64,000 nt of DNA, from assembly GCF_001194135.2 (NCBI RefSeq), contig NC_069000.1:8336092-8400091 (forward strand). Direction: 5' to 3'. Of the stretch, positions 11,501-26,200 are shown piece by piece. Under the pieces are notes generated by a model. The model ran no database searches and was not told the DNA's origin. It worked only from the letters and a program-made list of their open reading frames with translations. Source of the DNA: Octopus bimaculoides. Taxonomy: Eukaryota. A program made the position numbers and the translations under genes. The stretch's first letter is position 1. Every line of letters starts with the position of its first letter.

Positions 11501-14500
11501 TGGGCCACAGAATTGTTAGCACCGAGCAGAATGCTTAGCACCATTTCATCTGTCTTTATGTTTTGAGTTCAAATTCTGCTGAGGTTGACTTTGCCTTTCA
11601 TCCTTTCAGGGTTGATAAATTAAGTACCAGTGAAACACTGGGGGTTGATGTAATCAACTTAACCCTTCCCCAAAATTTTCAGGCCTTGTGCCAATAGTAG
11701 AAAGGATTATTTTTTAAACCAGATAAACAAATTGACGTGCTTTCCTTCACTAAATACACAGTACACTATCAGCAGTGGGATATGAAACAAGAGCGAAGAA
11801 GTGGTTAAACTTGACCATTGCATCCTACAATAACAATCTTCTGATTTGGGCAGATTAACAAATTTGTAAAAGGGAGGCAACTTATAACTGTAAAACAGAC
11901 TTCACTATATTACTGGTACAAACCTTACGGATTTGAACACATTTGTACTGGCCGACAAGGTCATTCTAATTAAGCATGAAGTAGCTTAATGAAACAGAAA
12001 CACAATATTGATTACAAGAAGGAAGCAGAATGACAGATAAAAAGGATGTAGACAAGAAAAGAAGGACATGGATTAGATAACAACATGTGGACAGTAGAAA
12101 GGATTTGATTAGGAGACAACCTGTGGATAATAAGATGGGGAGGAGAGTAACACAGTAAAAGAAAAACGAAACAATATGTAGACAAAAAGGACAATGAATA
12201 TGAAAATAAAAGATAGACATTACATACCCATAGCCAGTAATTAAAGAGAAAGTGGCTGGGGCTATACGGTCATTGAAAGTGACCAATATCAAACGGCTAG
12301 CGTTACTCTTCGAGTTCGGTTTCCAGATGTTTAAGTCAGTTTCTTCAGAAACATACCACCAGTCTACTCGACCACTGCTTTTGCTTATATTTCCAGACCG
12401 GAAACCCAAATATATGTCAGGTTCTTCTTTTTCTTCTGCAATAAAAACAAAAATTTCTAGTACCAGAAAGTAATTACTGTAATCACCAATATCTTGAGCT
12501 GCTTATACCAACTGCAAATTCCCCTGAAAATCTTCAAACTAAGAGGAATTATAACGATTCTAGATCCTAAAAGAAACAGCACCACACAAACTAATCACCT
12601 TCTTATGCACACTTGCAAGAATTTTAAATATCATCAGCCTACAAATCCCACTTTACAACATTGGTTCAACCCTCTACATTTAACACCACATCCATTGGAG
12701 GGCGCATGGCTCAGTGGTCAGAGCATTGGGCTCACAATCATGAGGTAGTGACTTTGATTTCTGGACCAAGTTGTGTTTTTGAGCAAGGCACTTTATTTCA
12801 CGTTGCTCCAGTTTGCTCAGCTGACAAAAAAGGAGTAATCCTGTGATGGACTGGCATCCAATCCAGGAGGAACATATACAACACAGAATTAAGGAAATTG
12901 ACATTATGAGTTTATGGTTTGGGAAGGACCTTTGAGCCTTGTGTGTATGTGTGTGCGTGCGCGTGCGTGTGTGTGATTGTTTCTTGGCTACCAGAAGGTT
13001 AGCCCAGCAGCAGTAACTTTGATAGTAACAGTTATTTAAAATTTAAATTGTATACACATATTTCAACTTGTATAAATTAGTAAATCCAACACAAGTGTAC
13101 AATAGCAAAGTTATAACTTACTCATCAAGGGATGTACAACCGAAACAATACCATTGTTCTGCAACCTCATAAACGGGTAGAACAGTTTTGGTATGGCGCT
13201 GAAATTAGAGAAAAAATAAAAAGACATATTTCTAAAGGTAATCACTTCATAAAAGTTTCTTTCCTTTTTATATATTTTGTACAGGTTATCTGGGTCATTA
13301 TTTTCTCTTTAACCTTGTTGGAGTGGAATGAACTAGACCAGTGGTTCCTAAAGTGGGTGGTGCTGCTCCCCTGGCGGGCAGTGGAAAAATCCAGTAGGGC
13401 ATTGACGAAAAGTGGGGGTAATAATGGGGTGGCCAATGGATGTAAAAACAAACAAAATAATGGGTTAATTAGGTTAAGTTTTATTTCTGAAATACAGCTG
13501 TTTTGAATTTGCTGCAGAAAGTGGTCTGTGTTTGTGGTGGTGGTTAGTAAGGGACGGTGTTAGGAATGCGGCCTGGGTACCAAGGGGGTGGCAGTCCAAA
13601 AACGTTTGGGAACCTCTGGACTAGGCTTGCCCAAAGTCTAGAAGAACAACACTCAGTTATGGAAGATGATCACACATGTGATTGGGGCCATCATTAAAAA
13701 ATGGATTGAAGGGCCACGTATTCAAGTTTTACAATAAGCTGTATAAGTAAAAAAAAAAAAATAAAAAAATAATAAAAAGAGCAGCCATTGTAGTTAGAAT
13801 TTCTGGGAACATGGTTAGCTACTTCCTGACCTGGTGGGATACAAAACTTGGACAATCACTAGGAGAGGAAAAATCTATAATGGTGAAATTATTCAGTAGG
13901 TGTGTACTAAACTGTAAGACTTTAAAATGTGTGGTTGCAATTTTAGAAGCAGAGATTATTAAGGAAGATTTTCACTACAACCTTGTGTGGATATGTGCAA
14001 GCTTTTTAATCCTCATTAATCCATGATATTTTTTGACTGAAGAGCTTTCCTTAAGCTTTCAGTCCACTTCAGAGAGGGAAAATATAGCTTCTGCTTAAAG
14101 CATAGGATTTTAAAATTTAGTCACTGTTTTAATTGCTTCTTTCTGTTGCCAAATTGTCATCAAAAAGTTCCAAATAGTGTAGCAGATTATAACACCTAAT
14201 TCACTTGTTGTCTGATTACTATTGCCTATAAATCTCGCCAGGAAAATAATAACTCATGTGGGCTGTTATTTCAACCAGAAGTGATTACCAGCAAGTTTTC
14301 ATTGTTTTATTGTTACTTTGCACAAAAGTCATCTGCTCGTTTTGACAAAAACTAAATACTGAAATTTAAAATTCAGTCCGACTCTGAAGGATCTCATCCA
14401 AAATGACATTGACATGGAGATGCTTCATGTTAGAGTAAGACTTGCTCACGAATCACTAAGCTCATCAAATCCAGGCTGCTTGCTATGATAATAAGAAATA

Positions 14501-17212
14501 TCTGACAAACTGTCTGTCTTTGTGAGATTCCATTAATGTGAAATTTCTAAGCTGACTGACAAGCTTAAAGATTTATTAAACATTCATCTTATGTCTTCTT
14601 GTAAGGAAGGAAATCCCATTTAAAGATTTTTATTCACAAAGCTTGTCAGTTGGCAGCAACCAACACCACCACCACCACCATCATCAACAGTATCAGTTGC
14701 AGTGGTGGTGGCATCAGTCACCATCATCATCATCATCGTCATCGTCGTCATCACTACCCTTCTCTTCTGTCACTGAATGAATTTAAATACAGCTTTCTTT
14801 ATCTGTTTGTTTGTTTTCATCTTTCTTTCTCTTCTACGCTTCCTTCCACTTTTACTTGTAAATGTGAAAGTCTGGCAATGCATCTTTATGAAGCCACTAC
14901 TGACACCCTATACAGGAGCTTCCAAGGTTTTACACAAGACTGCCAAATATTTCACCTCCAAAACACACAGTAAATGAATGAGAAACTGTTAGCATTACAA
15001 GACTGAAGGAAAGATATTTACGCATGATGTCACCAGGTCCTGCATTACATCCTGTCCTCACCACATAGGTACCTCAATGAATCACTTGTCCATATCTTTC
15101 CATAATTCCTTCCTGAGTCACATAGATTCACAGGGCCAGTTTCCTGGATTCTCAGGTATAGACACTCCCCCTTGGAGAAGATACTATTTTGTTGCAGGAA
15201 TGCTCATTTGGAATTAGATTTCTGTTATGCTAAGCATGTTACTATATCACCATTGTGGAAGAAGACTGATTTCAACATAATATTCATGGATGCTCAACAG
15301 ATTCAGTGTAAATAGCATCCAGGATTACAGTTCATACTTCTTAATGTCAAAACAGAGCTTGTATATAAATTTTTACCACTTGAACTAGACACAGATGATA
15401 CCCTCAAAAAGAAAAAAAAAAATGGGACGGTCATAGCTTCAAAGTCTTTGGTTATAATAGGTCTGCCTGGTGAGCACTGACCTGGGGCTGAACATCACTA
15501 CGAACCGTAAACAATGCTATACATTATCCAACATGCATCTATTCATTATACAAAGATTTATGCATATGAAAAACATACAAAATAAAAAAAAAATAAACAC
15601 ATTTGGTCAGACAATGAATTAATTAAGACTACTTACACCAGTTGACTTGAATTTCCACCACTGATGATTTGAGCAAGTTTGCTTGCGGTGTCATTGGTGA
15701 GCGTGACTTGAAACTGCTTAGAGAAGGTGCCTGGAGACTGAGGTGATCTCTTACCTCTGAAGAGAGAAAAGGGTGGAACAATCCTTTTAGTTAGTATAAC
15801 AATCATCCTATAACAGATTACAGAATAACCTCCCATCAAACATGTACATGGACTCGGGAGGCTTGGATTTCTAACGAAGCAGACGATGACTTAACTCTGA
15901 TGATACACTGTCATCATGTTTCTTAAGTAAAACTGGGACCCACTTTATCAATCTTGTCCTCCCCAAAACAATTAAAAACATACATTATATGGTTCTATAG
16001 AGCTATTGGCAACATGACCATCCCCAAATACAACAATAAAAAAACAATTGTTATATTTCAGGATGGTCATTTTTTTGTTTTTTTGCCAAATAAACACATG
16101 CACTATATATTCCATTCTTCATTCGTTTATATTACTGTTCTTATTTTATCTTATGTCCATTGTCTGGAAATCTTTCGTCACACATATGTGACCTTTTCAG
16201 TAACCCCTTAAAATAAGAACAGTAATAAACGAGTGAAGTATGTAAATATAGTGAGTGTGTTTATTTGACAGAAAGAAAAACAAAAAAAAAAAATGACCAT
16301 TCTGAAATATAACAATATCTGTTTTCAACACAAGGTTTCACATCAGGAATCTTGCAACACAAATTTGTAAACGTAAAAAAAAATCATGAAAAAAGCACTT
16401 ACCTTGTAAACGAGACATCAAGATCCATGTCCATATGTTTGGCATCCATGAGGTCACGAATGAGTTTCTTCTGACTTGGTGGACTTATCCCCCACACAGA
16501 TGTTGATTCGCCATTGATAGTGATTACTGTAATATCTTGTGGGTCATAGCTGGTTAGAAAACTGCTGGCCCTCTGTTTCGGAAGTATGTATGTATGTATA
16601 GATATAATTATTATATATGTAAAGAGTTAGCATGAATGTAAGACAGAGAGAAGAACAGAGACAACAGAAAGCAAAATAGGGATACTTTCAATTGGAAAAA
16701 AAGGAAGGATTCTGAATATTAGCATAAATCTTGAAACTAAAACATCTTACTAGCAATACGTGAACAAGATGAAAGCCCTCAAATCAATATATTAACCCTT
16801 TCAAAAGTTGAAAGTTGTTGGTAGTGTTTTATCTTTTACTTGTTCCAGTCAGACTGTGGCCATGCTGGGGCACTACCTTGAAGGGTTCGGTTGAACAAAT
16901 TGATAACTCATAACTTACTTATTTTCTAAATCTGGTACCTATTCTATCAGTCTCTCTTGCTGAGCTGCTAATTGAACAATGCAACCATTACATCAATTTA
17001 AATGCAGTGCTATCTTCAGCTGCCCTGCATTTAAACTGATGTAAGGATTGCATTGTTCAATTAAATGGATCTGCTTGATGGTCGTACTGCACCATCACTG
17101 GATACCCTGTTGCTTATTTTGATTTTATTCACCTTATTTTGAGTTGTACAGATAATACCACACTAATTTTTGGTGCTTCAACTTACGTACCAAATTCCAC
17201 TGAATCTCAGTT

Positions 17213-17257
<45 letters not shown>

Positions 17258-20200
17258 CACATGTGTGTGTTTGTGTTTGTCCTCCACACCACCTCTTGAC
17301 AATTGGTCTTGGTTTGTTTATGACCCTGTTAGAATTTGTGGGGAGGGAAATAGTCAATCACATTGACTCCAGTACTTGACTGGTACTTATTTTATCGACC
17401 CTGAAAGGATGAAAGACAAAGTCAACCTTGGTGGAACATGAACTCAAAACACAAAGACAGACAAAATACCACTAAGCATTTCACCTGGCAAGCTAACGAT
17501 TCAGTCAGTTTGCCACCTTAACAATGAAAATAATAATAATAATAAAAATAACCACCATAGGACTGCAAAAATACCTACTCCAGAAGCAAGGGAAACTAAT
17601 ACAAATAGCCACAAAACACGAGCAAAACAAAAAACTGTTTTCAGTATTTAAGGAAGCTGACAAATACAAACAAGAAATCAATCTACCTAACAAATACGAA
17701 GAAGAAGAAGAAGAAACAACAAAAGCTATAAAACAAATGAAATCCTAACTAAAACTAGAACAGCAACGGACCATGATAAAACGATGGCAAGAAAAGCCCC
17801 TACATGGTAAATACTGGGCTAAACTAAATGCGAAAGAAATAGACNNNNNNNNNNNNNNNNNNNNNNNNNNNNNNNNNNNNNNNNNNNNNNNNNNNNNNNN
17901 NNNNNNNNNNNNNNNNNNNNNNNNNNNNNNNNNNNNNNNNNNNNNNNNNNNNNNNNNNNNNNNNNNNNNNNNNNNNNNNNNNNNNNNNNNNNNNNNNNNN
18001 NNNNNNNNNNNNNNNNNNNNNNNNNNNNNNNNNNNNNNNNNNNNNNNNNNNNNNNNNNNNNNNNNNNNNNNNNNNNNNNNNNNNNNNNNNNNNNNNNNNN
18101 NNNNNNNNNNNNNNNNNNNNNNNNNNNNNNNNNNNNNNNNNNNNNNNNNNNNNNNNNNNNNNNNNNNNNNNNNNNNNNNNNNNNNNNNNNNNNNNNNNNN
18201 NNNNNNNNNNNNNNNNNNNNNNNNNNNNNNNNNNNNNNNNNNNNNNNNNNNNNNNNNNNNNNNNNNNNNNNNNNNNNNNNNNNNNNNNNNNNNNNNNNNN
18301 NNNNNNNNNNNNNNNNNNNNNNNNNNNNNNNNNNNNNNNNNNNNNNNNNNNNNNNNNNNNNNNNNNNNNNNNNNNNNNNNNNNNNNNNNNNNNNNNNNNN
18401 NNNNNNNNNNNNNNNNNNNNNNNNNNNNNNNNNNNNNNAGAAACAATTCCTATCATAGTAGGTGCCTTAGGTATAATAAAAAAATATTCAGACAAATACA
18501 TAACAAAAACACCAGGACTTACAAATATATATAACATACAGAAAATTGCACTACTGGGTACTGCACACATTCTACGCAAAACACTTTCAATACAGTAAAC
18601 ATAAGAGCACCACAGCAAACCACAGCACATACCCAAGGCGCACAGAGCTGCGCTCGGTAGTGAAGTGAAAGCACGTTATAAAAATAAAACTACTGAATAA
18701 TAATAATAATAATAATAATAATGGTAAAGAGCAATTGTGAATTAAAAAGCTGTATTAAGGACAAAATTGTCGCACATTGACTTACAGGAGTCGTATCGTA
18801 GAATTTGTGTAGAAGCTTGTATTGTGATTCATCTAATGCGAAAATGTCTGCTTGTTGTACCGTCATTTTGAACAGGGGCTGGAAAAAAAAAACAAGAAAA
18901 GTAAACATCCTGACTTACATTGTTCAGTTTTACAGATTCATGCAATATTCTTATTTTTCACATTTTACATTCCCACATTTATATACGATATCTCTGTATT
19001 TCAACATCTGTCAAAATACTCCTATAAAGCCTACAGTATACCCATACAGTATACCAATCCTTCATATGGGAAATGATAACATTTATTTCATCAACTAATA
19101 AAATTGTGAAGAGGAGGCACAAAAGCTCCATACTTCTTTGAAATTTAGTATCCATTAACCATTGATATCAATTTAACATCCAGTTCTACACTGCAGATTA
19201 ATTTAATCTAACTCTTTAGTGTTCAAACTGGCTATATCCGGCCAAAATATTCTACCTGTTTTATATTCAAACTGGTCTGATCTGGCCTCTCACACCAACC
19301 CTACAATATCATTCTGAAAATTAACAGTTACTTCATCAAAATCTCTAAGCAATGTGAATAAAAAAGCATTACATTTGAAAAAGTAATGTGAATGCTAAAA
19401 GGCTTTTTTGAAAATATGCTAAATATCTGAAAAGAATTAGATTTAAAATTCATTAACAATATTAATTATACTTAGCCATGATAATTTAGAGAGAAAAGGC
19501 CTAAAAGATATTGAAAGGAAAAGTACACTTACTTGATAACCACCCAGGGAAATCCTGACGGTACATGTTTTGGGAGGATTTACTTCATAAACAGTGTTAG
19601 CAAAGGAAAATAGCACCAAGGGGAACCAGATGATGAAAATGATTAATAGTAGCAGCAGACCTCCTACTCCATATTTGATAGTTGACTTTCTCTTAAGAGC
19701 TCGAGGGGTAGGGTATGTCTGTAAGATAATAAACATTGTGATATATAACAATTATTTCAAAGGGTTTATCAACAAAAGTAACAGACATTTCAACGTTAAG
19801 TCTTCGTAGTACAACAATGTACTAGTCTTCAATGTTAAGTCTTCCTATAATTACTAGTACAACAATATCAACAACTCCAATCTATAGCGATCAACATCAA
19901 TTGCAACAACAGCTACAAAACTGAGGTAATGTTAAAGATTATCATATTCATTTACATAGTATAGCAATAAAGGAACTGAGCCACCAACATCCTCGTTATA
20001 TGTAGAGTGTTGGCACTGGAAATTTAAAATAATGAACATGATGATGATGAATCAAATTAAAAATTTTTTTTTTTTAAACTTGACTGATTTTAACACAAAA
20101 ATTAAATTTTAAAATAAATCATAATAACAGTCTTTTTTATAAGCTAAGAAAAACATGAACAAGACAAAAAAACTTACAGCTTCAGCATGCCGCCAACATT

Positions 20201-23200
20201 TCAGAACGAATATATTGGCATAGATATCTTCCATCTGTAACCAACTGCCCAATGCCAAAGTGGTGTCTGTCCACATCCAGTCCATGAGAGCACGAAGTTC
20301 CAAAAGGAATGGAATGACGAGAAACCTGAAACAATGAACAGCGTTGGTGGAGGCAGTAAGAAACCGGACAATGTCTCTGATACTTCTTTTACAACATTTT
20401 TACCACATCAGAATTGGTGAGATGTCTCCTATTTTTTCTATGTTGAAACAACTGTTTTCTCTTGCGATCACTAACCATCCCTCTCCATATTGAATATGGC
20501 TATTAGTCACACTGCCACTTCTCTGAATAGGTAACGTTCCTTCCCCCAGCAGTAGAAATGACAAGCTAAAAACTACTGGAAATTCTAGCAAATTCTTAGT
20601 CTAAATGTTTCCTGAATTGTATTTTCTGTAATCCGCCTCAGTCCAATTCTATATAATGTACAAGATATCAATGGTGGTAAACAGTAAGAAAGAGTAATCT
20701 ACCTTGTTATTGATTTGAAGAAATTTATCGTCAGTTTTGGTCTAAATATGGGAGCAAATATTTTCTAGATGGTAAACCACAGAATTATACACATAATGGC
20801 ACCTCACGGTTCAGATATGTCAACACCGATCATTCAGTCTATGTTAAATTAAGGGTCGAGACAAGATGTAGCAGAAAAGAATAGAGGAAAGCTCTTAAAG
20901 TGCTTACCCTTTAAACAGGAACAAGTTGAGGTATGAATAGTTTTTAGTTAAGAAGTTTCCAAGAATCCTGGTTGGATAACCTGAACGAATCTGATGTGCA
21001 GACAGAGCAAAATAGATGCATTTCACAAAGTACCACAACATTGCTGGAACGTTTTTGATAAACATTCTGAAAACACAATAAATCAAAACAAGAAAAACAA
21101 CATTAGAAGACTATATGCGATGGGAATTGCGTAGAAAGAGGGAGAATGTAAAAATGGAAGAAGAGAATAAAGAGAAACATGAAAGAGAAAAGAGAGCTAG
21201 AGAGACAAAGATATGGGTTTCTGTGTTTATCCTTGCTTATGGTCTTGCATGTTGGGTAAGGACTGAAAGATTACTGTCACAGGTACAAACATCTGAAACG
21301 GGGTTCCTCTAAAGCGGTACACCAGATGACATCTCATCGGGTGAAGAATGCTGTCCTAGAACAGGAACAATTGCAGAGAGTCATCCTAACCAACAGAGTG
21401 ACAGTTACTCCCAGGACCAGAAGGTGGAGAAGATGGAGTACTGGAGAGTGTAAAAATAGAGAAAGGAGACAATAAAGGTAAATGTGAAATAGAAAAGAAC
21501 AATAAAAAGAAAGAATGAAGTCAGCTCACCTGTTTGTAATTGCTGGTAGGATGAAGAAGAGCCAGATATGAACAATAATGACAAGGGAGACTTGGAAAAT
21601 GAATTTCCCATGGACACATTTACGAAGAAACAGAGCACGGTCAATGATGATGAACATAAATTGGACAACCAACATCACAAGAAATGGAATTGGAACCTGG
21701 AAAGAGAGAAATTTGAGGTTTGTTAGTAACTGCTCAATTTCCAAATTACTTGACTGGAGGATATAGAGAAATTGTAATGAAGTAAGAAGAGGCCGGCATG
21801 CATGGGCGACTGCTGGTCTTCCATAAACAATCTTGCCCGGACTTGTGCCTGGGAGGGTAACTTTCTAGGTGCAATCCCATGGTCAGTCATGACCGAAGGG
21901 GGGTCTCAGCACACATGTTCTACTATTTATGTGATAGTAGTTGGCTGGAATGGTCAATATTATAACTAGTTTAGAAACTATTTAAGTAATTCACAACTCA
22001 TCCATCTCAGCAACGTTTAACAGAGAAATGGTGGCGGCATCTCTACCAGTATATTGAATGTTAGGAAAATATTGGACCTTACTGAAAAGATGAACAATAC
22101 TTGAACCAGAGGCTGGAATAAATAATGGTTAGGAATCAATATAACATAAGGTTAATTGAAGACTTACTCGGTTTTCTTCAAGATATGTTGTAACACTTCC
22201 TTCACCAGATTGCTGCCAAATTGAAAGAATACCAATATCAGCCATAGAATAAAACAGTAATTCAATAGAATATGGCTATCAATAGCAAAACATTTAATTC
22301 TATATTTCTGAGATGAAATATTTATATTATGTATACTGTTTATATTAGTTGGACTGATGTCCTCATCTTCATTGCTGCTTTCAATACATTTTTCGGTTAT
22401 TGTACGCTTTGGCCTTTTCCGAGTGTCTTGTATTGAACTTGGTTGCTGCAGTGGAATTTTGAACCAATACAAGAGCCAAGTGCAACACAAGACACCTGAA
22501 GAAGACAGAAGCATGCACAACAGCTGAAACACAAGAAAAATCAACAATCAAGATGAGGACACCAGTCTGATTAATACAAACAGTTGACATAACAAAAAAA
22601 TATACCTGGTGTAATGTAACATAAAACACATACATTGATAAAATCAGTTACACATAGGCCCCATGGTGGGCACAAGCAGTAGAGTGTTAAGGATTGAACA
22701 TAAGTTACAGAATAATCTCCCTTGCAACAAGCATAGTTACCTCTCTTGGAAATATTCACAATAGCAACATGGCATTCACCGTTTGTTTTCTTAGCATCAG
22801 GCACCGTAAATATTTCCCACCCACTCAGTGGTTTATGCTTTAAAATCGTAAATACATCTCATATAAGATCCGGCAATAACAAATTGTCTGATATCATTGC
22901 TGAGATATCCACAGTTGTCACCTAAAATCTCACTAAACTCTAGTTTTAGTTTTAACTAATTTTAATAAACTTCAAGTCAAGTATTTAGCCCATTTTAATC
23001 AACTTTATTTCGTAAACAAATCTGAGACATTGAGCACACACTACAAATTATTATCATCCATAATAAAGGCAATGATGGTAGTGGTAGTGGTAGTGGTGGT
23101 GGGGGGTGTAGGGGTCATCTTCCATACATCTCTGACGGTCTGGGGAAAGGCATGAACATCACTATTTTAGGCTTTATCTTTTATCCTTTCTTTTACTTCT

Positions 23201-26200
23201 TTCAGTCATTTGACTGTGGCCCTGTTGGGGCACCACCTTGAAATTTTAATCGAATATATCGACTCCAGTACTTATTTTTTTAAAAGCCTGATACTCTATC
23301 GATCTCTGTTGCTGAACTGCTAAGTTATGGGGACATAAACACACCAGCACCGGTTGTCAAGCAGTAATGGAGAACAAACGCAGAAACGATGACACACATA
23401 CATAAATATATATATATATATANNNNNNNNNNNNNNNNNNNNNNNNNNNNNNNNNNNNNNNNNNNNNNNNNNNNNNNNNNNNNNNNNNNNNNNNNNNNNN
23501 NNNNNNNNNNNNNNNNNNNNNNNNNNNNNNNNNNNNNNNNNNNNNNNNNNNNNNNNNNNNNNNNNNNNNNNNNNNNNNNNNNNNNNNNNNNNNNNNNNNN
23601 NNNNNNNNNNNNNNNNNNNNNNNNNNNTCAGCTCAAGGCTATAGAGAAAAAACACTTGTCCAAGATGCCATGCAGTGGGACTGAACTCGGAAACATGTGG
23701 TTGGGAAGCAAGCTTCTTACCACACAACCACGCCTGCTTGATTCTTTTTTTTTTTAAATCTGAATCTTTATTTCTGTATATCTTGAACAAGAAAGTTCAA
23801 TTAGTAAATAGATTTGGCAAAAATTAATTTTTTAAAAATAAAACAGAGAAGGTAACAAACGTTTGGGAGACTGAGCTTTGATAGAGAAATGGTGTTACTT
23901 ACAACAGGTCCGAAGGCCCAATATCCAAAGACAACAATGAGGAAGGCCAAAAAGTCACAGACAAACATTGGTGCATATACATCGACAACTGCATTGTAGG
24001 CAGAGTTGGTCATTTGGCGATAGAAATTCTGGAATGGTTTCATAACCGATACAAACCTGCAACATATAAGCAAACAATATTTACATCATGCAATTATATG
24101 TTATACACACTGATATATTATAAGTACATGTGGGAGAGAGGTAAAACAGAGATGTTATAAATGTATACAAATGAAAACTTGGAAAGAATTTATTCAATTG
24201 GCAACATGATCAAAAGTTCAAAACACTTCTTTTCCATCTTGCTTGGAACTTCTCTAATGATGATAACATGATAAAAATATCTCAGTCTACATTCACATAT
24301 ATGCACAAGACCAAAGTCAGTTAGTTCTCTCAGATGCTGTGAATGCAAGATTACACAGGCTGTGACAACATATTCAGACGAAGCCAGCATTGAATGATGG
24401 GTGTATGATGGTGATGGTGATGAGATGGGGCAAGGTGGAAAGAATAAAGGAAATTATTCAGGTGGGGATGAAACTGGATCTGCTGGAGGAACAAGAAATG
24501 AGACGTGACATCCAGGTTGTGAAAACAACAGCAATAAATTAATGTTAATTGGATCCACTTCAGTTTATTTATCAAAGAATCAACACAACACCACATAAGA
24601 GATATTAAGAGGTATATATAAGGAAGAAGAAAAAAAGGATCTAGTGCCACCATTAATTTATACACATAAGAGGTTGCAGATTCAGCTAGGGACTTACCAA
24701 AGACTTCAGTGAGAAAAACCTAGACAACACAATAAAGAACCTAATGAAGGAGGCAAAAGTGTATAAAAAAAGTGTTGTGTGTCAGTCAAACAAAACTCTT
24801 ATAAAAAGCTACCAAAACCTAAAATCCTTAATATACAGAGACAGACAGATGGGTAGGTAATGTTAAAAAATATCCCACACAAGTCAGGAGACATAGAAAA
24901 ATAATAAAAGAAGATGTTATTCCCTTTACATTACAATCAATTAATTTCAAAGTATATTGTTACAAACAAAACATTTCAAAATACATTATTACATATTCCA
25001 AAGTATCTTTATGTATATCCAAAACAAATTACTGCATTTCAAAATTACGTGTTCCAAAGTACATTTCTACATTTAAATAATTTCAAAATTTATTATTAAA
25101 CACTCCAAAGCACATAATTACAAAAGTACATAATTAAATATTACAAAGAACATAATTACAAACTGGTTTTGCATCTTACAGGAGATATTCATTGCAGTGT
25201 GTGTCATTACACACATACATTGCAATGAATATCCAGTCAATGTTAAATTATGATAGGTGGTTAAATTTGACCTTCTTGAGACTAAAACAAATCTGATAGG
25301 GTAAATGTTTGGCTGGACAACCTTCCTGTTCTTTTGTCATTCACTCTAGCTACACGTATATCACTTTATCTGTCTCTTTTAAACCTAAAAAGCACGGTCA
25401 GTTTATTTATATAAGCAAGTGTAGCTGGTGATAAGAAAATGAAGCAGGGGAAACCAGATAGAATGGTATATCTAAACCTATGGAATGTTAAATGTTGCAG
25501 TAACAGAGGAGGGTGGATACTGAAGGGGATGAGGGATTACCCGACACCGCAGACAAAATATCTTACCTTGTTTCAAGAACTGTCAAAATACTGAAGAGCA
25601 AAAGCAAAGAAAATATCACAAACACAGAAGCAACAGCCATATGCAATGACTTTTTGGAAAGAGGTCAACAATAAACAATGCAAAGCTTTATTGAATGGTT
25701 ACAAAATAAAATTTGTCAACACAATCATCATCTCTTTTCATCCATAAATTCATCTGCGTCATCGTTGTCATCCTGAATCTTCCACCCTTAACACCTACAT
25801 TGTCAATCGCAACCAGAGACCCAGTTACATTCTTATTCTACCTAATCACATTAGTTCTTTTTTGCCTCAGATGGTCACATCTCTCCACCATCTTCATATT
25901 AGGTTCCTGTACATTACTGCCTGTTGTAAATATTCAAGTACATCAGTCTGAAAGTACTTTCATAGACGTGGATAATTGCCATCCTTTGCCAACAGACTTG
26001 GCTCACATCCGGTTGTGGGAGAGGATGGCGTTTAAACAGCATCCCAGTTAATATTTAGCACATTTTTATTAAAATTAATTACTGTGTAATTTGAAGCCTC
26101 ATTATATGTAGGTGGATCTGTGTGATGAAGCCACTATTTAGCAGAGCTCTGTTAGTAAGGTATTTCCTTGTCAAAAGTATCCTAAGAAGAAGAAAGATTA

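Noticed and set aside
13800-14030. Possible decayed LINE RT remnant
   Set aside because: Only a vague resemblance to the DLSKAFD region, with multiple disruptions; not supportable without a search.
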